The notes under the pieces: model-generated
What the model saw: only the letters and a program-made list of their open reading frames with translations
The model's database searches: none
Told to the model about the DNA's origin: nothing
Position numbers and translations under genes: made by a program
From: Actinomycetes bacterium
GTDB lineage: Bacteria > Actinomycetota > Actinomycetes > S36-B12
Length of the DNA: 64,000 nucleotides
Assembly: GCA_024641635.1 (NCBI GenBank)
Contig: JAHECS010000009.1
Coordinates: 31,450 to 95,449, forward strand
Reading direction: 5' to 3'
Part shown: positions 1 to 10,366 of the stretch, piece by piece
Numbering within the stretch: position 1 is the stretch's first letter
How the letters are laid out: the number at the start of each line of letters is the position of its first letter

Positions 1-368
1 CCGGCGTGACGCAGGCGGTGGCGCTCGCGGCGCTGGACCACGTGGACGTGCTCCAGGCGCAGGTGGCCCTGTTGCGCGAGGAGCGCGACACGTTGGCCGG
101 GTGGCTGGTGGAGCAGGGGCTGACCGTCTCCCCGAGCGACGCGAACTTCATCCTCTTCGGCACGTTCGAGGATCGGGCGGTGGTGTGGCAGGCACTGCTC
201 GATCGTGGGGTTCTCATCCGGCAGACGGGACCGGACGGGTGGCTGCGCGTGTCGATCGGCACTCCCGAGGAGAACGGTATGTTCAGGCAGGCCCTGCTTC
301 AGGTGCTGGGCCGCGCCGACGGAACCCCTGACGAGTCGGGGTCCGACGACCAGGAAGGCCGCGAATGA
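1..368 (+). CDS. hisC: Histidinol-phosphate aminotransferase, C-terminal fragment (5' end lies outside the window)
   Basis: The frame is open to the window edge. The tail (DANFILFG...GVLIRQ...LRVSIGTPEEN) is typical of HisC. Its stop overlaps the hisB start (ATGA). It sits in a his operon. Confidence 0.8.
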   Translation, partial: GVTQAVALAALDHVDVLQAQVALLREERDTLAGWLVEQGLTVSPSDANFILFGTFEDRAVVWQALLDRGVLIRQTGPDGWLRVSIGTPEENGMFRQALLQVLGRADGTPDESGSDDQEGRE

Positions 369-967
369 GCCGCACAGCGCGCGTTGAGCGCAGCACCAAG
401 GAGAGCAGCGTCGTCGTCGAGCTGGATCTCGACGGCACGGGGCTCAGCACGATCGAGACCGGCGTCCCCTTCTTCGACCACATGCTGGCTCAGCTCGCCA
501 AGCACGGCGGCCTCGACCTCGTCGTCAGGACGGTCGGTGATCTCGAGGTGGATGCCCACCACACCGTCGAGGACACCTCCCTCGCGCTGGGGCAGGCGCT
601 CAACGATGCCCTCGGCGACCGGGCCGGCCTGCGTCGCTACGGCGACGCGCTGGTGCCGCTCGACGAGTGCCTCGTCCAGTCGGCGGTGGACCTGTCCGGG
701 CGGCCGTACCTCGTCCATGAGGAGCCCGAGATCGTGGAGCTCATCGGTACGTACGACACCACCCTGACGAGGCACATCTTCGAGTCGCTCGTCGCGACAT
801 CCCAGATCACGCTCCACGTCCGTGTCCTGTCCGGTCGCAACGCGCACCACGTGGTGGAGGCGCAGTTCAAGTCCGTGGCCCGGTCGCTGCGTGACGCCGT
901 GACCCTCGATCCACGGGTCGTCGGGGTCCCGTCGACAAAGGGGACGCTCACCCCGCCCTCGCAGTGA
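365..967 (+). CDS. hisB: Imidazoleglycerol-phosphate dehydratase
   Basis: 200 aa. It carries the IGPD motifs [14 protein letters not shown] and [14 protein letters not shown], and starts at an ATG that overlaps the hisC stop. Confidence 0.95.
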   Translation: MSRTARVERSTKESSVVVELDLDGTGLSTIETGVPFFDHMLAQLAKHGGLDLVVRTVGDLEVDAHHTVEDTSLALGQALNDALGDRAGLRRYGDALVPLDECLVQSAVDLSGRPYLVHEEPEIVELIGTYDTTLTRHIFESLVATSQITLHVRVLSGRNAHHVVEAQFKSVARSLRDAVTLDPRVVGVPSTKGTLTPPSQ

Positions 968-1596
968 CGTCCGTCGTCGTCCTCGACTACGGGTCGGGCA
1001 ACCTGCGATCGGCGCAGCGGGCCCTCGAGCGCGTCGGAGCGGACGTCACGGTGACCGACGACTACGACACCGCGATGGCCGCCGACGGGCTCGTCGTGCC
1101 GGGCGTCGGAGCGTACGCCGCCTGCATGGCCGGCATCCGTGCCGTGCGCGGGGACCTCATCGTCGACCGGCGGCTGGCGGGCGGCCGACCGGTTCTCGGG
1201 ATCTGCGTCGGGATGCAGGTGCTGTTCGCCCGTGGGGTCGAGCATGGGATCGAGACCGAGGGGCTGGGGGAGTGGCCCGGCGTGGTCGAGGGGATCCGCG
1301 CCGACGTCCTCCCGCACATGGGCTGGAACACCGTGCGCGCGCCCCTCGAGTCGACGCTGTTCGCCGAGGTGCGAGACGAGCGCTTCTACTTCGTGCACTC
1401 GTACGGCGTCACGACATGGGAGTTGGTCGACACGGACCCGCACATCGCCCCGCCGATCGTGACCTGGAGCCATCACGGCCAGGACTTCGTCTCCGCGGTC
1501 GAGAACGGACCGCTCTGCGCCACGCAGTTCCATCCGGAGAAGTCCGGCGACGCCGGCGCCGCGCTTCTGCGCGCCTGGGTCCGATCCGTGCGCTAG
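964..1596 (+). CDS. hisH: Imidazole glycerol phosphate synthase, glutamine amidotransferase subunit
   Basis: 210 aa. It begins [18 protein letters not shown], has the class-I GATase nucleophile in GICVGMQ, and has FHPEKS. The GTG start overlaps the hisB stop (GTGA). Confidence 0.95.
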   Translation: MTSVVVLDYGSGNLRSAQRALERVGADVTVTDDYDTAMAADGLVVPGVGAYAACMAGIRAVRGDLIVDRRLAGGRPVLGICVGMQVLFARGVEHGIETEGLGEWPGVVEGIRADVLPHMGWNTVRAPLESTLFAEVRDERFYFVHSYGVTTWELVDTDPHIAPPIVTWSHHGQDFVSAVENGPLCATQFHPEKSGDAGAALLRAWVRSVR

Positions 1597-1603
1597 TCAC
1601 CTC

Positions 1604-1623
1604 GCCGAGTGGTCACTGCGCGT
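1604..1623 (+). repeat. Divergent copy of the 20-nt intergenic element (the 16-nt core GAGTGGTCACTGCGCG is identical)
   Basis: The core at 1607..1622 is identical to the copies at 53470, 53523, 53545 (rc) and 54335 (rc), and 17 of 20 positions match overall. It lies in the hisH-hisA gap, 7 nt after the hisH stop. Confidence 0.7.
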
Positions 1624-1639
1624 TGGGTAGGGTTCCCGC

Positions 1640-2422
1640 GTGATGCCTCCCGCGGCCAGCTCCCTTGTTCTCCTGCCCGCTGTCGACGTCTCGGACGGTC
1701 AGGCCGTGCGGCTGGTCCAGGGGAAGGCCGGCACCGAGACGAACTACGGATCCCCCGCGGACGCCGCGCGGTCGTGGGTCGAGCAGGGCGCCGAATGGAT
1801 CCACCTCGTGGACCTTGACGCCGCCTTCGGCCGTGGCACGAACGCCGACCTGCTGGCCCGCGTCGTGCACGACGTTCGCGGAGCCGTGAAGGTCGAGCTG
1901 TCCGGCGGCATCCGGGACGACGAGTCGCTCCGCCGGGCGCTGGCAACAGGCTGCGAGCGCGTCAATCTCGGTACCGCCGCGCTCGAGGATCCGGACTGGA
2001 CGGCGCGCGCCATTGCCGAGCACGGCGACAGGATCGCCGTCGGACTCGACGTCAAGGGCCACACGCTGGCCGCCCGAGGCTGGACGCAGGAGGGCGGCGA
2101 CCTGTGGGAGACGCTCGGTCGCCTCGACGCGGCGGGCTGCGCGCGGTACGTCGTGACCGACGTGGCCAAGGACGGCACGATGAAGGGCCCGAACCTCCAC
2201 CTCCTCAAGGAGGTCTGCGAGGCCACCGACCGGCCGATCGTGGCATCCGGCGGGATCTCGAAGCTGGAGGACCTGCACAAGCTGGCCGAGATGGTGCCCC
2301 TGGGCATCGAGGGCGCCATCGTCGGCCGGGCCCTCTACGACGGCGCCTTCACACTCGCCGAGGCCATCACGGCCATCGAGCCTCGATACGACCCCTACGA
2401 GTGGGGACCGCCCCGCCCGTGA
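1640..2422 (+). CDS. hisA: ProFAR isomerase HisA, probably the bifunctional HisA/TrpF (actinobacterial PriA-type) enzyme
   Basis: 260 aa. It has [18 protein letters not shown], a (beta/alpha)8 phosphate-binding GGIRD, and VASGGIS. Start is GTG 1640 or ATG 1643. No trpF is present in the adjacent trp cluster. Confidence 0.92.
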   Translation: MMPPAASSLVLLPAVDVSDGQAVRLVQGKAGTETNYGSPADAARSWVEQGAEWIHLVDLDAAFGRGTNADLLARVVHDVRGAVKVELSGGIRDDESLRRALATGCERVNLGTAALEDPDWTARAIAEHGDRIAVGLDVKGHTLAARGWTQEGGDLWETLGRLDAAGCARYVVTDVAKDGTMKGPNLHLLKEVCEATDRPIVASGGISKLEDLHKLAEMVPLGIEGAIVGRALYDGAFTLAEAITAIEPRYDPYEWGPPRP

Positions 2423-3189
2423 GCGTCGCCATCCGAGTGATTCCCTGCCTCGACGTCGACGCGGGGCGCGTGGTCAAGGGCATCAACTTCGTCGAGCTCC
2501 GGGACGCCGGCGACCCCGTCGAGCTGGCCACGGCCTACGGCCTCGCGGGAGCCGACGAACTCGTGTTCCTCGACATCACCGCCTCGAGCGGGGACCGCGA
2601 GACCACCTACGACGTCGTGCGGAGGACAGCGGAGACCGTGTTCATCCCGTTGACGGTCGGGGGAGGGGTTCGCGAACCGGAGGACTTCAACCGGCTGCTG
2701 CGCGCGGGGGCCGACAAGGTCAGTGTCAACACCGCGGCGATCCGTCGACCACGACTGCTGAGCGAGGCGGCCGAGCGGTTCGGTGCCCAGTGCGTCGTGC
2801 TCAGCGTCGACGCGCGCCGCTGCCCGGACGGCGTCTCCACGCCGAGCGGCTTCGAGGTGACCACTCACGGCGGGCGAACGAGCACGGGAATCGACGCGGT
2901 CGAGTGGGCCGTGGAAGGGGCGCGGCTCGGAGCGGGGGAGATCCTGCTCAACTCGATGGACGCGGACGGAACGGAATCCGGCTACGACCTGCCCCTCATC
3001 GAGCTGGTTCGCCGCGAGGTCTCGGTCCCGTTGATCGCCAGCGGCGGAGCCGGCCGCATCGGGGACTTCGTCCCGGCCGTGAAGGCGGGAGCGGACGCGG
3101 TGCTTGCTGCGAGCGTGTTCCACTTCGGCACGCTGGCGATCGGCGAGGTGAAGGCGGAACTGGCAGAGGCGGGCTACCCCGTCCGCTGA
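2419..3189 (+). CDS. hisF: Imidazole glycerol phosphate synthase, cyclase subunit
   Basis: It has [22 protein letters not shown] and IASGGAG. The GTG at 2419 overlaps the hisA stop. The track ORF 2104..3189 carries a spurious 5' extension. Confidence 0.95.
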   Translation: MSVAIRVIPCLDVDAGRVVKGINFVELRDAGDPVELATAYGLAGADELVFLDITASSGDRETTYDVVRRTAETVFIPLTVGGGVREPEDFNRLLRAGADKVSVNTAAIRRPRLLSEAAERFGAQCVVLSVDARRCPDGVSTPSGFEVTTHGGRTSTGIDAVEWAVEGARLGAGEILLNSMDADGTESGYDLPLIELVRREVSVPLIASGGAGRIGDFVPAVKAGADAVLAASVFHFGTLAIGEVKAELAEAGYPVR

Positions 3190-3213
3190 TCCGGTCGACG
3201 TCGCCTGGAGTCG

Positions 3214-3876
3214 TCAGAGCGCGAGGATGGTGCCGTCCTCGAACGCCGCCACCGCATCCGGGTCTCCCTCGACCTCGACACGGACAGGGCTGCGCCCGTA
3301 CGACCGCATGAGCAGCTCGAGAGCGGTGCCGGACAGGGTCACCATGGGCGAGCCCTCGTGCGCCACGACCGACCCACCCTCGCCATCGGTCCGGACGAGG
3401 GTCACTCCGACAGGCATGGACCGGTACATCAGCCGGACGCCCCGCGTCAGGCGCGACCACAGCTCGTCGGCCAGGTCGGCCGGGAGCTCTCGCGGGGTCC
3501 AGTCGGGCTGGGCGCGGAGCACGTCCTCATGGTGGACGACGTACTCGAAGAGATTGAGGAGGGCCTCTGCTCCCGGCAGCGACATGGCCGACAGGGTGGG
3601 CGGGCCAACCCGCACCTTGCGCACCAGCTCCGGGTAGGACTTGGAGGCCTCGGCCCGCTGGACGCGTTCGGTCCACCCGGACAGCGGACGGAACACGATG
3701 CCCAGTCCGGCATCGGGCCGGGCCTCCCGGATGATCAGGTGCGCGGCCAGGTCGCGGGTGGTCCAGCCCTCGCACAGGGTTGGCGCGTCGGGTCCGACGG
3801 CCAGCATCAGCTCGGCCAGCTCCTGACGTTCACGACGGACATGGTTGGTGGCGCTCATCACCCCATCCTCGCGCAT
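3214..3876 (-). CDS. DinB-fold, mycothiol maleylpyruvate-isomerase-like metal-binding protein (TIGR03085-like)
   Basis: 220 aa. The N-terminus ([29 protein letters not shown]) matches the MDMPI N-terminal/DinB pattern. An alternative start at the second Met (3858) is possible. It is the only reverse-strand gene inside the his cluster. Confidence 0.7.
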   Translation of the reverse strand: MREDGVMSATNHVRRERQELAELMLAVGPDAPTLCEGWTTRDLAAHLIIREARPDAGLGIVFRPLSGWTERVQRAEASKSYPELVRKVRVGPPTLSAMSLPGAEALLNLFEYVVHHEDVLRAQPDWTPRELPADLADELWSRLTRGVRLMYRSMPVGVTLVRTDGEGGSVVAHEGSPMVTLSGTALELLMRSYGRSPVRVEVEGDPDAVAAFEDGTILAL

Positions 3877-3953
3877 GGTCCCGGGGCGGGCGAACCGAGC
3901 ATCCGAGGCGAGCCCGGGAGCGGCCAGCCCGAGATGGTCGGCACAATGGGCCC

Positions 3954-4322
3954 ATGTCCCCGGACCAGGTCGAGGTCTTCGTCGCCCACACCCGCTTCAA
4001 CGAGGACGGTCTCGTGCCGGCGATCGCGCAGCAGTGGGACAGTCACGAGGTGCTCATGATGGCGTGGATGAGCCCGGAGACCCTTCGCGAGACTCTCGAG
4101 ACGGGACGCGGCGTCTACTACAGCCGCAGCCGGAACGAGCGTTGGGCCAAGGGCGACACCTCGGGGCACGTGCAGCACGTCCGTGAGGCGCGACTGGACT
4201 GCGACGGCGACACCGTGCTGCTCAGGGTCGACCAGGTCGGTGCCGCGTGCCACACGGGGGACCGCACCTGCTTCGACGGGTTCGGATTCGACGTGACCAC
4301 GGCCGGCGAGGGGGCGTCGTGA
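3954..4322 (+). CDS. hisI: Phosphoribosyl-AMP cyclohydrolase
   Basis: Starts at ATG 3954 ([27 protein letters not shown]). Motifs are [17 protein letters not shown] and DCDGDTVLL...[10 protein letters not shown]. The upstream part of ORF 3780..4322 is Arg/Pro-rich and not coding-like. Confidence 0.9.
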   Translation: MSPDQVEVFVAHTRFNEDGLVPAIAQQWDSHEVLMMAWMSPETLRETLETGRGVYYSRSRNERWAKGDTSGHVQHVREARLDCDGDTVLLRVDQVGAACHTGDRTCFDGFGFDVTTAGEGAS

Positions 4323-5893
4323 CCGACTTCACCGGGGTTGCGGCGCCCGACCTGCCGGCCTTCCGCACGCTCGCGCGCGACCGCCGTGTCATCCCGGTGA
4401 CCCGCAGGCTGCTGGCCGACGGCATCACGGCGGTGGGGCTCTTCGAGGCCCTGTGCGGCGACCGCGCGGGCACGTTCCTCCTCGAGTCGGCCGAACAGGG
4501 CCGCAGCTGGTCCCGGTACTCCTTCATCGGCGTCCGGTGCGCCGCCATGCTCACCCAGCGCGACGGCGAGGCCGTGTGGCTCGGCCGGGCGCCGCGCGGG
4601 GTCACCGAGGGCGGGAGCGCGGTGGAAGCGCTGCGCGAGACGGTGGAGATGCTGCGCACGACGCCGCTGCCGGGCCTGCCGCCACTCACCGGCGGCATGG
4701 TCGGGTACCTGACCTACGACGCCGTCCGGGCGTGGGAACGCGTGCCGGACGACAACCCTGACGAGCTGGGGATACCCGACCTCGGCTTCCTGCTCGCCAC
4801 CGATCTGGCCGTCCTCGATCACGCCGACGGCTCGGTCCTCCTGGTCGCCAATGCGATCAACTACGACGCGTCCGACGAGCGCGTCGACGACGCATGGCGG
4901 GATGCCGTGGCGCGTCTGGACCGCATGCAGGACCAGATTGCGGGACCTCTCACCGTCGGCATCGCCACGTACGACGCGTCCGCGCCCATCGAGGTGGTCT
5001 CGGCGACCCCGTACGACGGCTACCTCGCACAGGTGGAGTCCGCCAAGGAGTACATCCGCTCGGGCGACGCCTTCCAGATCGTGGTGTCGCAGAGGTACTC
5101 GGCGCCCTGCACGGCCTCGGCCCTCGACGTCTACCGCATCCTGCGGGCGACCAACCCGAGCCCGTACATGTACCTGATCCGGGTTCCGGCCGACGATCAT
5201 GGTCGCGCGGACGAGTCCGCGGGGTCGTTGTCGTCGGAGGTGGCCTTCGACATCGTCGGCTCGTCTCCCGAGGCGCTCGTCACCGTGACCGCGGGTCATT
5301 GCGTCCTGCACCCCATCGCCGGCACGAGGCGTCGGGGCTCGACCGCCGAGGAGGATGCGGCGCTGGGCGAGGAGCTCAGCAAGGACGTCAAGGAACGGGC
5401 TGAGCACGTCATGCTGGTGGACCTCGCCCGCAACGACCTGGGCCGGGTCTGTGCGCCAGGCACGGTCTCGGTCGTCGACTTCATGAGCGTGGAGCGGTAC
5501 TCGCACGTCATGCACCTCGTGTCGACGGTGACCGGCGCACTGTCATCGGACCGCACGGCCTACGACGTGCTCGCGGCCACCTTCCCCGCCGGCACCCTCT
5601 CGGGTGCGCCGAAGCCGCGCGCGATGGCCATCATCGACGAGCTCGAGCCCCTGAGGCGAGGGCTGTACGGGGGCTGCGTCGGATACTTCGACTTCGCGGG
5701 CAACCTCGATGCGGCGATCGCCATCCGCACGGCGCTCGTCAAGGACGGCACCGCGTACGTTCAGGCAGGCGCGGGCATCGTGGCCGACTCGGTCGCGGAG
5801 TCCGAGGCGGAGGAGTGCGCGAACAAGGCGGCTGCCGTGCTTCGAGCCGTGGCCGCCGCTCAGACGATCACGACAGGGTCGCGGCAGCCGTGA
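4319..5893 (+). CDS. trpE: Anthranilate synthase component I
   Basis: It has [28 protein letters not shown] and [11 protein letters not shown]. The GTG at 4319 overlaps the hisI stop (GTGA). Confidence 0.93.
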   Translation: MTDFTGVAAPDLPAFRTLARDRRVIPVTRRLLADGITAVGLFEALCGDRAGTFLLESAEQGRSWSRYSFIGVRCAAMLTQRDGEAVWLGRAPRGVTEGGSAVEALRETVEMLRTTPLPGLPPLTGGMVGYLTYDAVRAWERVPDDNPDELGIPDLGFLLATDLAVLDHADGSVLLVANAINYDASDERVDDAWRDAVARLDRMQDQIAGPLTVGIATYDASAPIEVVSATPYDGYLAQVESAKEYIRSGDAFQIVVSQRYSAPCTASALDVYRILRATNPSPYMYLIRVPADDHGRADESAGSLSSEVAFDIVGSSPEALVTVTAGHCVLHPIAGTRRRGSTAEEDAALGEELSKDVKERAEHVMLVDLARNDLGRVCAPGTVSVVDFMSVERYSHVMHLVSTVTGALSSDRTAYDVLAATFPAGTLSGAPKPRAMAIIDELEPLRRGLYGGCVGYFDFAGNLDAAIAIRTALVKDGTAYVQAGAGIVADSVAESEAEECANKAAAVLRAVAAAQTITTGSRQP

Positions 5894-6483
5894 CGGCTCC
5901 GGCCGGACGCGGTCGAGCGTACGGCGTTGCGCTGGCACTCCTGGCCCTCGGCGGCCTGCTGCTGCTCGTGGGGTACGGCCTCGTGTGGGCGACGGCGCAG
6001 GTCCCGCTCCTGCCCGGCGCGGACGCGGCGGACTCCGCTCTGCGCACCAAGGGGTTCACCGGACGCGACCTCTATCCCGGCGCTGCCGCGATGGGCTGGG
6101 TCGTCTTCGCTGCCGTCGGCGGCATCGTGGCGACTCGGTCGTGGGGGCGGGTCGGGGTCGCCGTCATCGCGCTGATCGCCGGGCTCACGGCGCTCGCCGC
6201 CAGTGTCGACTTCGCCCGCGCACCAGGTGTGGCCGTGGACGCTGCAGTCAGCGCCTTGGCGGGAACCGAGTCCTACGTGGCGTCCACGTCGACCTCGTCC
6301 TGGTTCGTCGCGGCCCTGTCGGGGGCCCTCGTCGCCCTCGTCGCGGCGGTCGTCGCGGTGCGAGGACGCCGCTGGCCGTCCCTGGGCCGTCGCTACGGGC
6401 GAACGCCGGCGCGACCGGCGGACATGAGCGCATGGGATGCTCAGGACAACGGCCGGGATCCGACCGACGATCTGGTTGAATGA
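5890..6483 (+). CDS. Trp-operon-associated membrane protein (TIGR02234-like, positional equivalent of M. tuberculosis Rv1610)
   Basis: The GTG at 5890 overlaps the trpE stop. There are four or more hydrophobic segments (LALLALGGLLLLVGYGLVW, WVVFAAVGGIVA, VAVIALIAGLTALAA, FVAALSGALVALVAAVVAV). A membrane protein in this position after trpE is conserved in actinobacteria. Confidence 0.7.
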   Translation: MTAPAGRGRAYGVALALLALGGLLLLVGYGLVWATAQVPLLPGADAADSALRTKGFTGRDLYPGAAAMGWVVFAAVGGIVATRSWGRVGVAVIALIAGLTALAASVDFARAPGVAVDAAVSALAGTESYVASTSTSSWFVAALSGALVALVAAVVAVRGRRWPSLGRRYGRTPARPADMSAWDAQDNGRDPTDDLVE

Positions 6484-6487
6484 CGCC

Positions 6488-6709
6488 ATGTCGCAGCAGC
6501 AGATCGCCCCGGCCCATCACGATGATCACGGCTCGACGCCGGCCGCATGGACCGCGGTGATCATCATCATGATCGCCTTCGTCGTCGGCACGCTCGCGAT
6601 CATGATGGGCAACTGGCCACTGTTCTGGGTGGGTGTGGGACTCGTCGTCGTCGGTGCCGCGGCCGGCAAGGTGATGGCCATGATGGGCATGGGGAAGAAG
6701 CGCGCCTGA
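6488..6709 (+). CDS. Small two-TM membrane protein with an HGxxPAAW motif
   Basis: 73 aa from ATG 6488. It contains HGSTPAAWTAVIIIMIAFVVG followed by a second TM segment, LFWVGVGLVVVGAAAG. Confidence 0.65.
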   Translation: MSQQQIAPAHHDDHGSTPAAWTAVIIIMIAFVVGTLAIMMGNWPLFWVGVGLVVVGAAAGKVMAMMGMGKKRA

Positions 6710-6805
6710 GGGGCTGCGAGCCGCCTTACCGGATCCTGACGTACTCCTGACCGTGCACGCACGGCGCAGGCACCGTCCATCGTTCCCGTCTGACAGTCTG
6801 GACCC

Positions 6806-7501
6806 GTGAGCGAACAATCGCGCGGCCTCGTCCTTGTCGTGGAGGACGAGCGGGCAATCTCTGACCTGCTGCGGCTGTACATCGCCCGTGAAGGATTCGG
6901 CGTGCATGTCGCCGCTGACGGCCGTTCCGCACTGAGCGCCGCCAGGACGCTGCACCCGGTCGCGATCGTCCTGGACGTGGGTCTCCCCGAGCTGGACGGA
7001 ACCGAGGTCTGCCGGCAGCTGCGCGCCGAGGGGAACTGGGTCCCCATCCTGTTCTGCACCGCACGCGACGACGAGGTGGACCGCGTGCTCGGCCTGGAGC
7101 TGGGAGCCGACGACTACATCACCAAGCCGTTCAGTCCGCGTGAGGTCGTGGCCCGGATCAAGTCGGTCGTGCGTCGGGCCTCCCTGGTGTCGGCGGACGA
7201 CGCGCCCCTCACTCTGGGCTCGGTGACCGTCGACCTGGTGACGCGGCGGGTGACTGTCGAGGGGCGGGCGGTGTCGCTCACTGCCACCGAGTTCGACCTG
7301 CTGGCCCATCTGATGCAGCACCCCGGGCGCGTCTACACGCGAGAGCACCTGCTGTCGGAGGTGTGGGGCTACGCCGCCGTCGTGGGCACCCGCACCGTCG
7401 ACGTCCACGTCGCCCAGGTGCGCGGGAAGCTCGGCGATGCCAGCCCGATCCGCACAGTGCGCGGCGTCGGCTACGCGGCCGAGGAGCCGGGAGCGTCGTG
7501 A
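6806..7501 (+). CDS. OmpR/PhoB-family response regulator
   Basis: 231 aa. The receiver has LVVEDE, DVGLPELDG and DDYITKPF. The winged-helix output domain ends ..RTVRGVGY. Confidence 0.92.
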   Translation: MSEQSRGLVLVVEDERAISDLLRLYIAREGFGVHVAADGRSALSAARTLHPVAIVLDVGLPELDGTEVCRQLRAEGNWVPILFCTARDDEVDRVLGLELGADDYITKPFSPREVVARIKSVVRRASLVSADDAPLTLGSVTVDLVTRRVTVEGRAVSLTATEFDLLAHLMQHPGRVYTREHLLSEVWGYAAVVGTRTVDVHVAQVRGKLGDASPIRTVRGVGYAAEEPGAS

Positions 7502-8946
7502 GCGCCCAGCCCATGTCGCTGCCCGATCATCCGCTCGACAGCGGGCAGCAGGGCAGCCACCATGCCGCCGACCAGCACGCGGCAGGTGGTCGGATGAGCA
7601 TCGTCACCCGCACGGTCCTGCTCGCCTCGGCGATCGCGGCCGTCGCGGTGCTCGTCGCCGGCCTGGCGTCCTACCCCTTGGTGCGCTCCGCGGTCGAAAC
7701 GCAGGCGCGCGCGGACCTCGTCAACCTCGCCGACCTCACGGCCACCGCTCTGGACGAGCGGGCCGGCGGAGGGCGGGGGGCCGGACTGCTGCCCCGCGGC
7801 CTCATCGAGGCACTCGAGTCGAGGCAGATCACCGGGTATCTGGTCGCGCCGGACGGTCAGGCGCCGCCCGGGGTCTCCGACGCGGTCCTCACCGCGGTGA
7901 TGGCAGGGCAGGCGGTGTCGGCCGAGGGCGTGACGCCGGACGGGCAGGTGCTCATCGAGGCGCGTCCGCTCGCCTCGGGAGGTGCCGTCATCCTCGAGCA
8001 GCCGCTGACGGTCGTCGGTGTCGAGGCGGGCGATGCCGTCAAGCGCATCGCGGTCGCGCTGCTCCTCGGACTGCTCTTCGCGGTCCCGATCGGCTACTGG
8101 GCTGCGAGACGCCTGACCCGGCCCCTGCGAGCGGCCCGCGATGCCGCCAACGAGATGGCGGCCGGGTCCCGCGATGTCACCCTGACACCCGAGGGCCCGG
8201 TTGAGGTGGCCGACATCGCCGAGTCCCTCAACAGGCTGAATGCTGCTCTCGTCGCGTCGGAGGGCCGCCAGCGGGAGTTCCTCCTGTCGGTGTCACACGA
8301 GCTGCGCACCCCGCTCACGGCCGTCAAGGGATACGCGGAGGCCCTGTCCGACGGAGTCATCGAGGGCGACGACGTGCCACGCACCGGAGCGACGGTGGCG
8401 GCGGAGGCCGCCCGGCTCGACCGCCTCGTGACCGACCTGCTCGACCTGGCCAGGCTGGGAGCGGTGGACTTCCACATCGCGCCCGTCGAGGTGGATCTCG
8501 TCGCGCTGGGGCGCGAGGCGGGCGATGTGTGGCGGGACCGGGCCCAGCCCGAACGGGTGTCGGTCCTCACCGAACTGCCCGAAGATTCGCTGGTCGTCCG
8601 CACCGACCCGATACGCGTCCGCCAGATCATCGACAACCTTGCGGAGAACGCCCTCCGCGTGTCTCCGCCCGGATCCGTCATGGTGCTGGCGATCCGGGAG
8701 GACGGGACGAACGCCGTCGTCGAGGTGCGGGACTCGGGCCCGGGCCTGACCGCCGATGATCTGGCCGTGGCCTTCCAGCCGGGTGCCCTCCACGAGCGCT
8801 ATCGCGGTGTCCGGCCCGTGGGCACCGGGCTCGGGCTCGCCCTGGTGGACCGGCTCGCCCGCGGACTCGGGGGACGTGCGGAGGTGGGCGCCGCCAGCGA
8901 GGGCGGCGCCCGTTTCACCGTCCGCCTGCCGCTCGCCGGCCACTAG
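7498..8946 (+). CDS. Sensor histidine kinase (two TM segments, HAMP, HisKA, HATPase_c)
   Basis: It has the H-box SHELRTPLTAVKGYAEAL, an N box NLAENALR, and G boxes DSGPGL and GTGLGLA. The GTG at 7498 overlaps the response-regulator stop. An alternative start at ATG 7594 (MSIVTRTVLL) is possible. Confidence 0.88.
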   Translation: MSAQPMSLPDHPLDSGQQGSHHAADQHAAGGRMSIVTRTVLLASAIAAVAVLVAGLASYPLVRSAVETQARADLVNLADLTATALDERAGGGRGAGLLPRGLIEALESRQITGYLVAPDGQAPPGVSDAVLTAVMAGQAVSAEGVTPDGQVLIEARPLASGGAVILEQPLTVVGVEAGDAVKRIAVALLLGLLFAVPIGYWAARRLTRPLRAARDAANEMAAGSRDVTLTPEGPVEVADIAESLNRLNAALVASEGRQREFLLSVSHELRTPLTAVKGYAEALSDGVIEGDDVPRTGATVAAEAARLDRLVTDLLDLARLGAVDFHIAPVEVDLVALGREAGDVWRDRAQPERVSVLTELPEDSLVVRTDPIRVRQIIDNLAENALRVSPPGSVMVLAIREDGTNAVVEVRDSGPGLTADDLAVAFQPGALHERYRGVRPVGTGLGLALVDRLARGLGGRAEVGAASEGGARFTVRLPLAGH

Positions 8947-8967
8947 CCCGACCGCGCGGTTGGCCCT

Positions 8968-8986
8968 GCCGACGGCACGGGTCGGC
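8968..8986 (+). terminator. Weak stem-loop after the histidine kinase (GCCGAC-ggcacgg-GTCGGC)
   Basis: A 6-bp stem read directly from the sequence, 22 nt after the stop, with no U-tract. Confidence 0.2.
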
Positions 8987-8999
8987 GTATGGTCGTCCC

Positions 9000-9479
9000 A
9001 TGGGACACGGCACGACGGTCTTCGCCGATGACGACGTGGTCATCGAGGCGCAGACGGACGAGCGGCGTCGTGGCCGTCGGCTGGTCGCCCCGCTGGTGAC
9101 GCTGGCCGGCTCGCTCGCAGCGCTCGGCTACGTGGCGGCCGTGGATCCCAACCAACCGGGCCACTACCCGCTGTGCCCGACCCAAGCCCTGTTCGGTGTC
9201 GACTGCCCCGGCTGCGGACTCATGCGCGGGACGCACGATCTCGTCACGGGGAACGTCAGCGGGGCGCTCGACCACAACGTGCTGATCGTGATCCTCGCGC
9301 CGCTCGCCGTCGTGCTGTGGGTGCGCTGGTTCCTGTCCGCGTGGCGCGGGTCCTCTCCCGCGGTGACGCACGCTCAGTTCCGACGCCGCAACACCGTGCT
9401 GCTCACCGCCCTGGTGGCGATCCTCGCCTTCGGGGTCCTGCGCAACTTCGTTCCGTATCTCGGCTCCGGGATCGGCTAG
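9000..9479 (+). CDS. DUF2752-like membrane protein
   Basis: 159 aa. It has the characteristic [20 protein letters not shown] motif followed by hydrophobic segments. Confidence 0.65.
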   Translation: MGHGTTVFADDDVVIEAQTDERRRGRRLVAPLVTLAGSLAALGYVAAVDPNQPGHYPLCPTQALFGVDCPGCGLMRGTHDLVTGNVSGALDHNVLIVILAPLAVVLWVRWFLSAWRGSSPAVTHAQFRRRNTVLLTALVAILAFGVLRNFVPYLGSGIG

Positions 9480-9547
9480 ACAGGGTCCCCGATGCGGACG
9501 AGGGGCGGCGGGACGCGTGTCCCGGGACCGTGGCTACTCTTGTCGCC

Positions 9548-10357
9548 GTGACGGTTCTTGACGACATCCTGGCCGGTGTGCGGCTCGATGTGGCTGACCG
9601 CATGGAGCAGGTGCCCCTTGACGAGCTCAAGTCCCGGGCAGCGGACGTGGCGCCTGCGCGCGACGTTGCCGCCGTCCTGGCCGACGAGGATGTCTGCGTC
9701 ATCGCGGAGGTCAAGAGGGCGAGCCCGAGCAAGGGTCAGCTGGCCGACATCGCAGACCCGGCGGCCCTCGCCGTGGAGTACGAGCTCGGTGGCGCGCACT
9801 GCATCAGCGTGCTCACGGAGCAGCGCCGGTTCGGAGGCTCGCTCGCCGACCTCGCCGCGGTCCGCGCCGCCGTGGACATCCCCGTACTGCGCAAGGACTT
9901 CATCGTCACCAGCTACCAGCTCTGGGAGGCGAAGGCCTACGGAGCCGACATGATCCTGCTCATCGTTGCGGCGCTCGAGCAGACCGCGCTCGTCAGCCTC
10001 ATCGAGCGGACGCAGAGCCTGGGCCTCACCGCACTTGTGGAGGTGCATGACGAGGCCGAGATCGATCGAGCGGTCGACGCGGGAGCGATGGTCATCGGAG
10101 TCAACGCCCGGAACCTGAAGACGCTCGAGGTCGACCGGGATGTCTTCGCCAGGGTCGCGCCCCGGATCCCGGCCGCATGCATCAAGGTGGCGGAGTCGGG
10201 CGTGCGAGACCCCCATGACCTCATCGTGTACGCCGAGGCAGGTGCCGACGCCGTGCTCGTCGGGGAGAGCCTCGTGACCGGCAAGGATCCGCGCACCGCC
10301 GTCCACGACCTCGTCACCGCGGGGGCGCACCCGGCGCTGAGGCACGGGCGCGGCTGA
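9548..10357 (+). CDS. trpC: Indole-3-glycerol phosphate synthase
   Basis: It has [18 protein letters not shown] and LRKDF. Start is GTG 9548, with an alternative GTG at 9530. The track ORF 9173..10357 is over-extended. Confidence 0.92.
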   Translation: MTVLDDILAGVRLDVADRMEQVPLDELKSRAADVAPARDVAAVLADEDVCVIAEVKRASPSKGQLADIADPAALAVEYELGGAHCISVLTEQRRFGGSLADLAAVRAAVDIPVLRKDFIVTSYQLWEAKAYGADMILLIVAALEQTALVSLIERTQSLGLTALVEVHDEAEIDRAVDAGAMVIGVNARNLKTLEVDRDVFARVAPRIPAACIKVAESGVRDPHDLIVYAEAGADAVLVGESLVTGKDPRTAVHDLVTAGAHPALRHGRG

Positions 10358-10366
10358 GCGTCTGAG

